Positions 1 through 13,300 of a stretch of 64,000 nt of DNA are shown here, in pieces. Source of the stretch: Selaginella moellendorffii (Eukaryota > Plantae > Lycopodiophyta); assembly GCF_000143415.4 (NCBI RefSeq), contig NW_003314261.1, forward strand, positions 3,588,880 to 3,652,879, written 5' to 3'. The notes under the pieces were generated by a model. That model saw only the letters and a list, made by a program, of their open reading frames with translations, did not search any database and was not told the origin of the DNA. Within the stretch, counting starts at the first letter, position 1. The number at the start of each line of letters is the position of its first letter. Position numbers and translations under genes: made by a program.

Positions 1-175
1 CTGCTAGAGAAAGGATCTCTTTGTCTTCTTTCAGACTTCCATGCCCATTACCTCCCAGCATTTATGGGGAACATGACCACGGCGTCAACAACCACTCTTT
101 ATCAAAGACCACTCTTTATTTACATGGCATGGAAGATCAAAGGGAAGCCACATGCAACAGAAACATTTAGCAAAT

Positions 176-217
176 TATGGCATGCAATTCATAAAAGGGT
201 GAGTGTTACTGTGGTAG
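176..217 (+). repeat. Left TIR of host DNA transposon
   Basis: tatggcatgcaattcataaaagggtgagtgttactgtggtag aligns with the reverse complement of the right end, tatggcgtgcaattcgtaaagggtggattttacaatggttg. Confidence 0.85.
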
Positions 218-802
218 ATTTCACTCACAATACAACATCCATGTGGCAGTTTTCTATTGGTTCAGCATTAAATGTCATTTGGATGCCTCATGGATACCCC
301 ATGGATGCTGGCCCGATGGGTCAATGATGTCCCCATAATATGAACAATGTGTGATACATAGATGCCACATATCATCAAATTTGACCCCATGACATAGGGA
401 TTCATTAGGTCATAGGGTGCCTTAGTGCCCTGCTTTAGTGCTATGTTATTCAGCATGTTTCTTGGTAGCAGATATGGAAGGTAACTTGGTTTGCTAGTGA
501 TTAGTTTCAAATATTTTTGTGGGCAGTGTTGGAAGTGGCTTTGATTTACTACTCAATTGATCTGTATGGACTTTCAAGTTCCTACCATGAGTATAGTTTT
601 CTCCCTAATTTACTTCAAATTTGTGTCACTGAAACTTTTTCTTCCAGGTTTACTGGAAGACGTGGAGGAAGATGAGGTGGATGGCCTTCCATCCAATTTT
701 AGTGATTCAGACTATGGTTCCAGTATGGATAGTGATAACAATGCTCTCCCAAAGGTTTGTTTAGTTTCTAGCCTCCTAAATTCATGATTTGCATGTTTCT
801 AG

Positions 803-937
803 GCCTTCTATAATTTTTTGCAATCGAGGGGATTCAGTAGTCCAACTGCATTTGGCACTTGGATGCACCTGAAGATCCTCGAGACTAAGATTACTGCTTA
901 CCTCGCATGCTATCTTAAAATTTCCAAGCCAACACTG
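803..937 (+). pseudogene. Transposase fragment 1 (N-terminal, HTH-like)
   Basis: Exon after a ttctag acceptor reads AFYNFLQ...YLACYLKISKPTL and continues in frame as YKYMQ at 16202 once element A1 and one TSD are removed. Confidence 0.65.
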
Positions 938-2737
938 TGTGAGACACAAAATCCCTAGGCCCCAAAGTGGAGCCGGAAGGGCGCCACATGGTAGTGGCCG
1001 AAGCGAGAGCCAAACGAGCGTAACACGTTTGGACCAAAAGCTCCGACTTGAAAAGTCAAGAGCGGGAGTGGAACTCCCAACGAAGTGCTCGAGGAACGAG
1101 CACGAAGCAAGCAAAAGGCGAGGCTCCAAAAAGGGACCCAAAAGGACCAAAACATGACACGTGGGAGTGTCCAAGATGGACTCGAGTTGGAGTCCGAAGT
1201 GGAGTCCGAGATGGACCCGAGTTGGAGTCCGAAGTGGAGTCCGACATGGACCCGAGTTGGAGTCCGAAGTGGAGTCCGAGATGGACCCGAGTTGGAGTCC
1301 GAAGTGGAGTCCGAGGTGGACCCGAGATGGACCCGAGTTGGAGTCCGAAGTGGAGTCCGAGATGGACCCGAGTTGGAGTCCGAAGTGGAGTCCGAGATGG
1401 ACCCGAGATGGAGTCCGAGATGGAGTCCGAGATGGAGTCCGAGGTGGACCCGAGATGGACCCGAAATGGAGTCCGAGATGGAGTCCGAGATGGACCCGAG
1501 ATGGAGTCCAAGATGGAGTCCGAGATGGAGTCCGAGGTGGACCCGAGATGGACCCGAAATGGAGTCCGAGATGGACCCGAGATGGAGTCCGAGATGGACC
1601 CGAGATGGAGTCCGAGATGGAGTCCGAGATGGAGTCCGAGATGGAGTCCGAAGTCGAGACCGAGACCGGGACCGAGACCGAGACCGAGACCGAGATCGGG
1701 ACCGAGACCGAGACCGAGGCCGAGGCCGAGACCGAGGCCGAGCCCGAGTCCGAGTTCGAATCCGAGTCCGAGTCCGAGTCCGAGTCCGAGTCCGAGTCCG
1801 AGTCCGGAGCCTGAGAGGGTGAAAGCCCAAAGCGTTCGTCTCCCAGACCCTGGGGGGTTTGGTGAGCTCCAAAAGTATAGTAAGGGGGAGGACTGCAGTG
1901 GAGCCAGTTTGGCCAGGAAAGGCCAGTTTGGCCCAGAAAGGCCGGACCCAGTGTTGGGTGATGAGCTGCCCACTGGGAAGTCCAAGACTAGAGTGAACAC
2001 GGACCGACAAGCGGGGTAGCTTGGTGAAGTGTTCAAGAGCCGGCTCTAGTTCCCCCGGGAGATCGACTGGCCGATGCTCCCAGTCCAAGTGTGGGTGGCA
2101 CTACCTACTTGGATACCTGGTGTGGCTCAACGGAACCCGCTCTAAGCCCATGGCTAGAGCACCCAAGGGCAGAAGGCGAGGAGAGTACCCAGGTGGCTCG
2201 CGTAAGGCCACGGTGTTCCGAAATGTTGTCCCAAAGGCCCAGACTGTGGAAAGGAAGAGGAGCAGTCCTCTGGGGTAGTGACCAAGGACACAGTCGTGTG
2301 GTGAGGAAGTCCCAGAGGACTGTGGGACTTAGTGGTCGGGCCTGTGGGTCTCGATCCAGTGGTAGTGTTGGCGAACACAGCCAAGGACAGAAAGGGACTT
2401 GGTGGGGACCGGAATAGAGATATTGGGGAAGGCTATTCCCCATGTCTGTAGGCATCCTAAGGATGTTAAAGAGTGGATATGAGATGATCACTCATGGATG
2501 GATGACCCAGTCTTTGAGAGACGGGATTGGAATGTAGGTGGTGTTGGACCACCAGTGTGACCGAGGTAAATGGGCATGGCCTTAGCGTAACGGGCCGATA
2601 TGTCGGTGGTACCTTGAGGTGTCGATCATGGGATCGGACACGTGGAGCACTTGGACCAAGTGCTAAGGTTGAGTGGCATGGATGCCATTCTCGGGGCTAG
2701 CAAGCCCCAAGTCCTGAGTTGGGCTTATGGAGGTTGT
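938..2737 (+). repeat. A1 5' LTR, first part (resumes at 10249-10321 after the A2 insertion)
   Basis: Near-identical to 14406-16196; broken at GTTGT. Confidence 0.93.
1175..1808 (+). repeat. Complex mini/microsatellite within the family A LTR (GGAGTCCGAGAT / GGACCCGAGAT units, then CCGAGA and CCGAGT hexamers); present in all A LTRs
   Basis: Directly visible tandem arrays; source of the spurious low-complexity ORFs. Confidence 0.92.
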
Positions 2738-4494
2738 TGTAAGCGACTAAATTTTCCATTCTACTTTAGTCACTTAACCACACCTCCGACCACTTGGAGG
2801 AGTCTCATTCACAACCTCCATCAGTCCAATTCAGGACTTGGGACTTGCTAGTCCCAAGAATGGCATCCATGCCACTCCACACTTGCACCTGGTCCAAGTG
2901 CTCCACGTGTCCGGTCCTGAGACCGACACCCAAAGGTACCACTGACATCTCGGCCCGTTACGCTAAGGCCATGCCCATTCACCTTTGCTGCACTAGTGGT
3001 TCAACACCACTTGCATCACCACCTCGTCTCTCCAAGACTGGGCCATGTGTCCACGAGTGGTCATCCTAAATCCACTCCTTAGCATCCTTAGGATGCCCAC
3101 AGACCTGGGGAGTTGCCTTCCCCAAAGTCCCTTTGTCAGTTCCTACCAAGTCCCTTTCTGCCCCTGGCCGTGTTTGCCAACACTGCCACTGGATCGAGGC
3201 CCACAGGCCCGACCACTAAGTCCCACGGTCCTCTGGGACTTCCTCACCACATGACTGTGTCCTTGGTCACTACCCCAGAGGACTGCTCCTCTTCCTTTCC
3301 ACAGTCTGGGCCTTTGGGACAACATTTCGGAACACCGTGGCCTTACGCGAGCCACCTAGGTACTCTCCCCACCTATCGCCTTTAGGTGCTCTAGCCATGG
3401 GCTTAGAGCGAGGTTCCATTGAGCCACGCTTGGTATCCAAGTAGGTAGTGCCACCCACACTTGGACTGGGAGCATCGGCCAGTCGATCTCCCGGGGGAAC
3501 TAGAGCCGGCTCTTGAACACTTCACCAAGCTACCCCGCTTGTCGGTCTGTGTTCACTCTAGTCTTGGACTTCCCAGTAGGCAGCTCATCACCCAACACTG
3601 GGTCTGGCCTTCCTGGGCCAAACTGGCCTTTCCTGGCCAAACTGGCTCCACTGCAGTCCTCCCCCCCTACTATACTTTTGGGGCTCACCAAACCCCCCAG
3701 GGTCTGGGAGACGAACGCTTTGGGCTTTCACCCTCTCAGGCTCCGGACTCGGACTCGGACTCGGACTCGGACTCGGACTCGGACTCGGACTCGGATTCGG
3801 ACTCGGACTCGGGCTCGGGCTCGGTCTCGGCCTCGGCCTCGGTCTCGGTCTCGGTCCCGATCTCAGTCTCGGTCTCGGTCTCGGTCCCGGTCTCGGTCTC
3901 GACTTCGGACTCCATCTCGGACTCCATCTCGGACCCCATCTCGGGTCCATCTCGGACTCCAACTCGGGTCCATCTCGGGTCCACCTCGGACTCCAACTCG
4001 GACTCCATCTCGGACTCCATCTCGGACTCCATCTCAGACTCCACTTCGGACTCCAACTCGGGTCCATCTCGGGTCCACCTCGGACTCCACTTCGGACTCC
4101 ATCTCGGACTCCACTTCGGACTCCATCTCAGACTCCACTTCGGACTCCATCTCGGACTCCACTTCGGACTCCATCTCGGACTCCACTTCGGACTCCATCT
4201 CGGACTCCATCTCGGGTCCATCTCGGACTCCACTTCGGACTCCAAGTCGAGTCCATCTCGGACACTCCCACGTGTCATGTGTTGGTCCTTTTGAGTCCCT
4301 TTTTGGAGCTTCGCCTTTTGCTCGCTTCGTGCTCGTTCCTAGAGCACTTCGTTGGGAGTTCCACTCCCGCTCTTGACTTTTCAAGTCGGAGCTTTTGGTC
4401 CAAACGTGTTACGCTCGTTTGGCTCTCGCTTCGGCCACTACCATGTGGCGCCCTTCCAGCTCCACTTTGGGGCCTAGGGATTTTGTGTCTCACA
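2738..4494 (-). repeat. A2 3' LTR (1757 bp)
   Basis: Direct repeat of 8544-10243; adjacent to PPT. Confidence 0.92.
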
Positions 4495-7400
4495 ACTCCA
4501 CCACCCATAGACGAAGTTCGATGTCCTCATCGAACGGTAAACCCTTTCATAAAGTAACACCCACATGTGTTACCATTTCCATCTTTGGCACCTAGCCAAT
4601 CTTTGTCTATGGTTTGACATCAAAGGCTCACCATGCCTTGTCCATCCTTTAAGGAGCGTAGTCTCTCCAATTTAGAGACTGATTGGACCACATGTAATGG
4701 TTCATCCTTTTATTGGTTTAGTTCTCGCCAAACCTCTTAGAGACCCTTCTCTAAGTCAATCCCACTACTCCTTCTCGAGTAGTCTCAATTTCCATCGATA
4801 TAACCTTTGCACTTTGGAACTTTGAATTTTGACTTCTTGGAGTCAATTTCTTAGGTGTCTCCGACACCTTGCCTTGCACCTTTTGTGCAACTCCACTTCC
4901 CATCCTAGGAAGTTCTCTACTCGAGGGCACCATCATCCTCTCTTCTATTTCGTGCCAAAGTTCCAGTTATCATACTTTGTGCTAGGGCTTGTTCCTGGCC
5001 CTATCATTTGGCTACCTTACCGCTCCCTCCCTTGGAGCTTCCACTTTCGCCAAATCGGAGCATTTCGGAATCCCTCCTTGGAAACACACTTCCTTTCCCG
5101 CAACTTGTTAGCGTCCAACACATTAGTGTTCCTCGCCTAACTTTGTCACTTGGATTCCTTCCAAGGGATTCCACGGCCCTATCTTGGCCACTCATCTTTT
5201 GCTCCTATCCGTTGATTGTTGCACCAAGCAACATCGAATCTCTACCTCCCTCCTTGAGGTATTGTTTCGGTTCCATAGCAAAGACTCTTCTTTGCCAAGT
5301 CCGGAGGATGTTCACCCCTAGTACGTCTCTTTAGCATCTTCTGCTATGGGCTCACGGCCCAACTTCGTGACCCTCCCATGGGTCTTTTATAGAGACTACT
5401 TTCCTCGGACTCACTATGCCATCGCACGGACATAGTTTATTTCCCTTAGGTGCTCTTCCCACTTGGTCATCACGACCAAGCCACACCACCTTAAACAGTT
5501 CAATTTCAACATTTTGAACCAGGAACTTCATTCCTTAGCCAACCAAGGACCTTGTCCTTATCTGGCCATAAGATCACCTAGTGATCTCACCTTGGCACCT
5601 TAGCAGAGTTGCCAAGAGGTACTTGGTCTTCTAGACCTCCAAGTTGTTAACTATAACCCCGGGGGCATCCCCCACACTTGGCGGTGCACCCAAGCCAGCC
5701 CTTACGGCCAAGGGTTCATAGCAACTGAGATTAGGTGTCCCCATCTCACTCACCACGACCTTGGTGCCACTTGCACCAAAGCGTTCAAGTTAGATATGCT
5801 GAGCTTTCACACTAAGCAATCTAACCGTGCATCACGACTCCGAGGCATCCCTCGCTTGGCGGTGTGCCCAAACCAGTCTCCCCACTGAGAGTCCATGACC
5901 ACCGAAATATGAGTGTCCTCATATTCCAAACCATCACCACGCCCTAGTGATTTGGGACTCGAACCCAAGCACTAGAGGGTCGGGACTCGAACCCAACCTC
6001 CGTATATGCATCTACGGACGGCATCACACGAGATGCCTGGCGTGACTCCCCACGCCGGTGCACCAACTTATTTTTAAAGCGCGCTACTGATCACAGCTTA
6101 GGAACCTAGTTCCTCCATACTGCCAAGTCCTCTCACTTGACATGTCTGTGATCATGCATGGACTCCTCCATGTTCGGCCCCATGGCCCACCCTTTTTGAA
6201 GTTATCACCTTCAACTAGGGTCTTTGTTCCCCCGACGTGCCAATCTCACTTGGCAAGTTCTCCGACCATTGTAACATGGTTCCTGCATAAGCGTGAAAGT
6301 CCTTGACCATCGACTTTCGTTCAAAGCCCTCTCTTTGAACACTCGGGAACTACTTCCCTAACCTTGATAACCTTGCCTCATGGCAAGCTTCAAGACCACG
6401 CTTCTGCTGCGCCACTCTGATTTCGCGCGTTCCATGAACCATTTACACTTGGCCTTTCTAGGTACTACGCTACCTAGAATCGTCTTTGGGAACCTTGAAG
6501 GAACTCTATCCCTCAGCTTGCTAAGGCCTCCCTTTTTGCAAGCCTTCCAAATGCCATATAGTCTAACATGGACAATTCCATATTTTAGACTCTCCATGGC
6601 ATCACGGTTGCTAGCGGCAACACCCTTGAGCCCCCACTTGATTTTCCACTCCCAGCTGGCATAACCAACCTTGGTTATGCCCTTTGATTTCTATGGTTCA
6701 GTTCCATCCCAACACTACTTGCCTTTGGCTTCACACCTTTCCTTCGGTCATTCTCCTCCAGACCAGGAGGATAGCTTTGCACTTTCTATCATGCCTTAGC
6801 AAGTATTCTTAGGGATGAACCTACCCAATAGCCCAGGGAGTGGTTCCTCAATCCGGGTATGCTCAGCTTATAATCCCACACCCTGGGGTTACATTGTTGC
6901 TTATGGGCCTTTACATGCCCATCACTAGCCTTGCCAAAATTCCATTTTTGGCTTTGTCCAACTTGGGTAGACAGTCCTCTCCTGTCTCCGCAACCTTGAA
7001 CATTTGGATAGCACCTTCTATCCACCATTCGCTAGGGACTTAGTCCCTTGGGCTTTATCCATTGCCCTCGCTACATCAAACACCACCTCTTGGTGTTCTA
7101 GAGTGTTCGGGTGTCCCAATGACGGCTTCCTTGACAATGAGTATTTCCTTTCATGACATTGACTTACTATATCGCAACATAAGCAATTTATCCCCCGTAA
7201 GGGTATATCTAACTTCTTTATACCATTAAGAAGTCTTGGGTAGTTACCTTCTACCCGCTTAACCAATTATCTTGCACCTCTTGCTTAGTTGCCCCATAGC
7301 TGTCAAGTCTTACAACTCATTGCTTAGTGCTTCCACACCTCCATCATTATCTGGGTCACCACACTCCAACCGCATGCCTTCCAGCTTAGGCCTTGCCATT

Positions 7401-8543
7401 CCCATTTCCATTGGGACTCCTTTGGCAAGGGGTCCTCATGAACCCAACAACATAGCCTCAAGGTATCACACCTTGGCACATTTGGTGTCTCCACACCATC
7501 GGCTCCACGAGCCTACCTCTATGACACTTTTTCTTTGTGTCTAAGTCTTTGCCAAGACCAATACCGCTCTTTCTCATGCCAACCATTTGTTAGCACGGCA
7601 CTATAGAGGTCACACACAACTTTGTGTCAAAGTTGTTTTCTATTTGGGAACACCTTTCCCACGACTTTTAGCACGGCACATTTTGCCATCGATGAGATAC
7701 CCTCTATTCTCATCCTTGGATCCTATGATCCCCCCCCATCCTTCGTGGGGTAAAACACACCTCAGTCCAAATGCTTCCATCAGTCCTTTTAGGACCATCC
7801 CTTGACTCTACTTGAGTCGTCTAGCAACTTTGGACTTGGTTAATCCACCGACCCATAAGGTTCTACTTGTGAGGCACTAGCTCACTGGAATACACTTCTT
7901 GCATTCCTGTCCTACTCAAAAGGACTATTTTCACAAGTGTTACTCCGACACTTGATTTTGTTCTCTGGGGGCAACCTTTGCCCCTTAGGACTACTTGTCC
8001 ATGTGATGAGAACACCAACTCATCCACTTAATACACCCCCAACTCCTGGGGTTGTTCCAGCATTTATTAGAGGTAGCCCCGGCTACCTTTTCAAGGACTT
8101 GAGACCTCTTCCGTATTTGACCTCCCACGGTCATTACTTCTGGTCTCACATTCATGAGCACCAACCTCAACTATATGAGGAAAATCTTGTGACTCCTTTA
8201 TTGTTTTGGAGTCTCTATCTTTCCCGTGATCCCAACTATAGTTATTTACCACAACTACATTAGCCAGTTTGCTAAGTCAAACGCTCATCTGGATCACATC
8301 CTCAACTCTTTGAGGAAAACCATATACTGTTCCCAAGATCCCAAAGTCGTTCCATTATTGGCCCTTTTCTATCCACCACCTCGTCTACAAGTTCACACAT
8401 GAACTGTAATGGAGAGCCATGTCTTCCCGACTTGCTACTCCTCAAGGATAGGCCCACTCCTCGGACCTTCCGATGCCAACACTAGTGGTGATATACTTGA
8501 GCACTAATAAAAGTCGGACTAAGGAACAGCTCCGATACCAAAT

Positions 8544-10243
8544 TGTAAGCGACTAAATTTTCCATTTTACTTTAGTCACTTAACCACACCTCCGACCACT
8601 TGGAGGAGTCTCATTCACAACCTCCATCAGTCCAATTCAGGACTTGGGACTTGCTAGTCCCAAGAATGGCATCCATGCCACTCCACACTTGCACCTGGTC
8701 CAAGTGCTCCACGTGTCCGGTCCTGAGACCGACACCCAAAGGTACCACTGACATCTCGGCCCGTTACGCTAAGGCCATGCCCATTCACCTTTGCTGCACT
8801 AGTGGTTCAACACCACTTGCATCACCACCTCGTCTCTCTAAGACTGGGCCATGTGTCCACGAGTGGTCATCCTAGATCCACTCCTTAGCATCCTTAGGAT
8901 GCCCACAGACCTGGGGAGTTGCCTTCCCCAAAGTCCCTTTGTCAGTTCCTACCAAGTCCCTTTCTGCCCCTGGCCGTGTTTGCCAACACTGCCACTGGAT
9001 CGAGGCCCACAGGCCCGACCACTAAGTCCCACGGTCCTCTGGGACTTCCTCACCACATGACTGTGTCCTTGGTCACTACCCCAGAGGACTGCTCCTCTTC
9101 CTTTCCACAGTCTGGGCCTTTGGGACAACATTTCGGAACACCGTGGCCTTACGCGAGCCACCTAGGTACTCTCCCCACCTATCGCCTTTAGGTGCTCTAG
9201 CCATGGGCTTAGAGCGAGGTTCCATTGAGCCACGCTTGGTATCCAAGTAGGTAGTGCCACCCACACTTGGACTGGGAGCATCGGCCAGTCGATCTCCCGG
9301 GGGAACTAGAGCCGGCTCTTGAACACTTCACCAAGCTACCCCGCTTGTCGGTCTGTGTTCACTCTAGTCTTGGACTTCCCAGTAGGCAGCTCATCACCCA
9401 ACACTGGGTCTGGCCTTCCTGGGCCAAACTGGCCTTTCCTGGCCAAACTGGCTCCACTGCAGTCCTCCCCCCCTACTATACTTTTGGGGCTCACCAAACC
9501 CCCCAGGGTCTGGGAGACGAACGCTTTGGGCTTTCACCCTCTCAGGCTCCGGACTCGGACTCGGACTCGGACTCGGACTCGGACTCGGACTCGGACTCGG
9601 ATTCGGACTCGGACTCGGGCTCGGGCTCGGTCTCGGCCTCGGCCTCGGTCTCGGTCTCGGTCCCGATCTCAGTCTCGGTCTCGGTCTCGGTCCCGGTCTC
9701 GGTCTCGACTTCGGACTCCATCTCGGACTCCATCTCGGACCCCATCTCGGGTCCATCTCGGACTCCAACTCGGGTCCACCTCGGACTCCAACTCGGACTC
9801 CATCTCGGACTCCATCTCGGCGTCCATCTCAGACTCCACTTCGGACTCCATCTCGGACTCCACTTCGGACTCCATCTCAGACTCCACTTCGGACTCCATC
9901 TCGGACTCCACTTCGGACTCCATCTCGGACTCCACTTCGGACTCCATCTCGGACTCCATCTCGGGTCCATCTCGGACTCCACTTCGGACTCCAAGTCGAG
10001 TCCATCTCGGACACTCCCACGTGTCATGTGTTGGTCCTTTTGAGTCCCTTTTTGGAGCCTCGCCTTTTGCTCGCTTCGTGCTCGTTCCTAGAGCACTTCA
10101 TTGGGAGTTCCACTCCCGCTCTTGACTTTTCAAGTCGGAGCTTTTGGTCCAAACGTGTTACGCTCGTTTGGCTCTCGCTTCGGCCACTACCATGTGGCGC
10201 CCTTCCAGCTCCACTTTGGGGCCTAGGGATTTTGTGTCTCACA
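8544..10243 (-). repeat. A2 5' LTR (1700 bp)
   Basis: Direct repeat of 2738-4494; adjacent to PBS. Confidence 0.92.
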
Positions 10244-10324
10244 GTTGTGAATGAGACTCCTCCAAGTGGTCGGAGGTGTGGTTAAGTGACTAAAGTAGAA
10301 TGGAAAAATTAGTCGCTTACAATT

Positions 10325-10336
10325 TGGTATCGGAGC
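10325..10336 (+). promoter_or_regulatory. Primer-binding site, tRNA-iMet type (A1)
   Basis: TGGTATCGGAGC 3 nt after the LTR end; same motif in A2 and B. Confidence 0.88.
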
Positions 10337-13300
10337 TGTTCCTTAGTCCGACTTTTATTGGTGCTCAAGTATATCACCACTAGTGTTGGCATCGGAAGGT
10401 CCGAGGAGTGGGCCTATCCTTGAGGAGTAGCAAGTCTGGAAGACATGGCTCTCCATTACAGTTCATGTGTGAACTTGTAGACGAGGTGGTGGATAGAAAA
10501 GGGCCAATAATGGAACGACTTTGGGATCTTGGGAACAGTGCAAGGTTTTCCTCATTGAGTTGAGGATGTGATCCGGATGAGCATTTGTCTTAGCAAATTG
10601 GCTTAGGTTGTTGTGGTAAACAACTAAAGTTGGGATCACGGGAAAGATAGAGACTCCAAAACAATAAAGGAGTCACAAGATTATCCTCATATAGTTGAGG
10701 TTAGTGCTCATGAATGTGAGACCAAAGGTAATGACCGTGGAAGGCCAAATACGGAAGAGGACTCAAGTCCTTGAAATGGTGGCCGGGGCTACCTTTAATA
10801 AATGCTGGAACAACCCAAGGAGTTGGGGGTGTATTAAGTGCATGAGTTGGTATTCTCATCACATGGACAAGTAGTCCTAAGGGGCAAAGGTTGCCCCCAG
10901 AGAACAAAATCAAGTGTCGGAGTAACACTTGTGAAAATAGTCCTTTTGAGTAGGACCGGAATGCAAGATGTGTATTCTAGTGAGCTAGTGCCTCACAAGT
11001 AGGACCTTACGGGTCGGTGGATTAACCAAGTCCAAAACTGCTAGACGACTCAAGTAGAGTCCTAAAAAGGGCTGAATGAAGCATTTGGATTGAGGTGCGT
11101 TGTACCCCACAAAGGATGGGGGGGGGATCGTATGATCCAAGGATGAGAACAGAGAGTATCTCATCGATGGCAAAATGTGCCATGCTAAAGTTATGGGAAA
11201 GGTGTTCCCAGAAGAAAACAACTTTGACATAAAGTTGTGTGTGACCTCTATGGGGCAGTGCTAACAGATGGTTGGCATGAGAAAGAGCGGTGTTGGTCTT
11301 GGCAAAGACTTAGACACGAAGGGAAATGTCATAGAGGTAGGCTCGTGGAGCCGATGGTGTGGAGACACCAAATGTGCCAAGGTGTGATACCTTGAGGCTA
11401 TGTTGGTGGGTTCATGAGAACCCCTTGCCAAAGGAATCCCAATGGAAATGGGAATGGCATAGCTTAAGCTGCAGAGCATGCAATTGGAGTGTGGTGACCC
11501 AGATAGTGATGGAGGTGTGAAAGCACCAAGCAATGAGTTGTAGGACTTGACAACTATGAGGCAACTAAGCAAGAGGTGCAAAATAACTGATTAAACGGGT
11601 AGAAGGTAGCTACCCAAGACTTCTAGTATAGGGAAGTCGGATATACCCTTACGGGGGATAAATTTCTTATGTTGCGATATAGTAAGTCAATGTCATAAAA
11701 GGAAATACTCATTGTCAAGAAAGCCATCATTGGGACACCCGAACACTCTAGAACACCAGAAGGTGGTGTTTGATATTGCGAGGGCAATGGATAAAGCCCA
11801 AGGGACTAAGTCCCTAGCGAATGATGGATAGAAGGTGCTATCCAAATGTCCAAGGTTGCGGAGACAAGAGAGGACTGTCTACCCAAGTTGGACAAAGCCA
11901 AAAATGAAATTTTGGCAAGGCTAGTGATGGGCATGTAAAGGCCCATAAGCAACAATGTAACCCCAGTGTGTGGGATTATAAGCTGAGCATACCCGGATTG
12001 AGGAACCACTCCCTGGGCTATTGGGTAGGTTCATCCCTAAGAATACTTGCTAAGGCATGATAGAAAGTGCAAAGCTATCCTCCTGGTCTGGAGGAGAATG
12101 ACCGAAGGAAAGGTGTGAAGCCAAAGGCAAGTAGTATTGGGATGGAACTGAACCATAGAAATCAAAGGGCATATCCAACAGTGGTTATGAAAGTTGGGAG
12201 TGGAGAATCAAGAGGGTGCTCGAGGATGTTGTTGCTAGCAACCGTGATGCCATGGAGAGTCTAAGATATGGAATTGTCCATGTTAGACTATATGGCAACT
12301 ATAAAGCTTGCGAAAGGGGAGGCCTTAGCAAGCTGAGGGACAGAGTTCCTTCAAGGTTCCCAAAGACGATTCTAGGTAGCGTAGTACCTAGAAAGGCCAA
12401 GTGTAAATGGTTCATGGAACGCGCGAAATCAGAGTGGCGCAGCAGAAGCGTGGTCTTGAAGCTTGCCATGAGGCAAGGTTATCAAGGTTAGGGAAGTAGT
12501 TCCCGAGTGTTCAAAGAGAGGGCTTTGAACGAAAGTCGATGGTCAAGGACTTTCACGCTTATGCAGGAACCATGTTACAATGGTCGGAGGACTTGCCAAG
12601 TGAGATTGGCACGTCGGGGGAACAAAGACCCTAGTTGAAGGTGATATCTTCAAAAAGGGTGGGCCAGGGGGCCGAGCATGGAGGAGTCCATGCATGATCA
12701 CAGACATGTCAAGTGAGAGGACTTGGCAGTGTGGAGGAACTAGGTTCCTAAGCTGTGATCTGTAGCGCGCTTTAAAAATAGGTTGGTGCACCGGCGTGGG
12801 GAGTCACGCCAGGCATCTAGTGTGATGCCGTCCGTAGATGCATATACGGAGGTTGGGTTCGAGTCCCGACCCTCTAGAGCTTGGGTTCGAGTCCCAAATC
12901 ACTAGGGCGTGGTGATGGTTTGGAATATGAGGACACTCATATTTCGGTGGTCATGGACTCTCAGTGGGGAGACTGGTTTGGGCACACCGCCAAGCGAGGG
13001 ATGCCTCGGAGTCGTGATGCACGGTTAGATTGCTTAGTGTGAAAGCTCAGCATATCTAACTTAAACACTTTGGTGCAAGTGGCACCAAGGTCGTGGTGAG
13101 TGAGATGGGGACACCTAATCTCAGTTGTTATGAACCCTTGGCCGTAAGGGCTAGCTTGGGTGCACCGCCAAGTGTGGGGGATGCCCCCGGGGTTATAGTC
13201 AACAACTTGGAGGTCTAGAAAACCAAGTACCTCTTGGCAACTCTGTTAAGGTGCCAAGGTGAGATCACTAGGTGATCTTATGGCCAGATAAAGACAAAGT

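Larger units (their letters stand above)
2738..10243 (-). mobile_element. Family A non-autonomous LTR retrotransposon, copy A2, nested in inverted orientation in A1's 5' LTR
   Basis: TSD GTTGT at 2733-2737 and 10244-10248; LTRs 2738-4494 and 8544-10243; PBS (rc) 8529-8540; PPT (rc) 4495-4508. Confidence 0.93.

Noticed and set aside
1175-1650. Regularly spaced repeats that could be mistaken for a CRISPR array
   Set aside because: No unique spacers, 11-12-nt degenerate units, eukaryotic LTR context.
1950-2000. Hammerhead ribozyme (retrozyme-like) in the A LTR
   Set aside because: GTGATGAG lacks the CUGANGA core and I found no properly placed GAAA or stems.
955-2088. Long ORFs in all frames (ESEMESE, RTPSR, SDSISD) here and at 3461-4376, 9267-10125, 14343-15474, 17411-17750, 23793-24132, 27323-28398
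   Set aside because: Artefacts of the stop-free LTR minisatellite; open on both strands with no protein-like complexity.
12216-12491. ORF conserved between the A1 and A2 internal regions (also 6358-6597)
   Set aside because: Conservation is explained by recent common ancestry; no domain recognised and neighbouring frames are full of stops.
12852-12896. Possible tRNA gene or tRNA-derived SINE
   Set aside because: Only T-arm/B-box motifs are present; no A-box, acceptor stem or Pol III terminator. Reported as part of a structured module instead.
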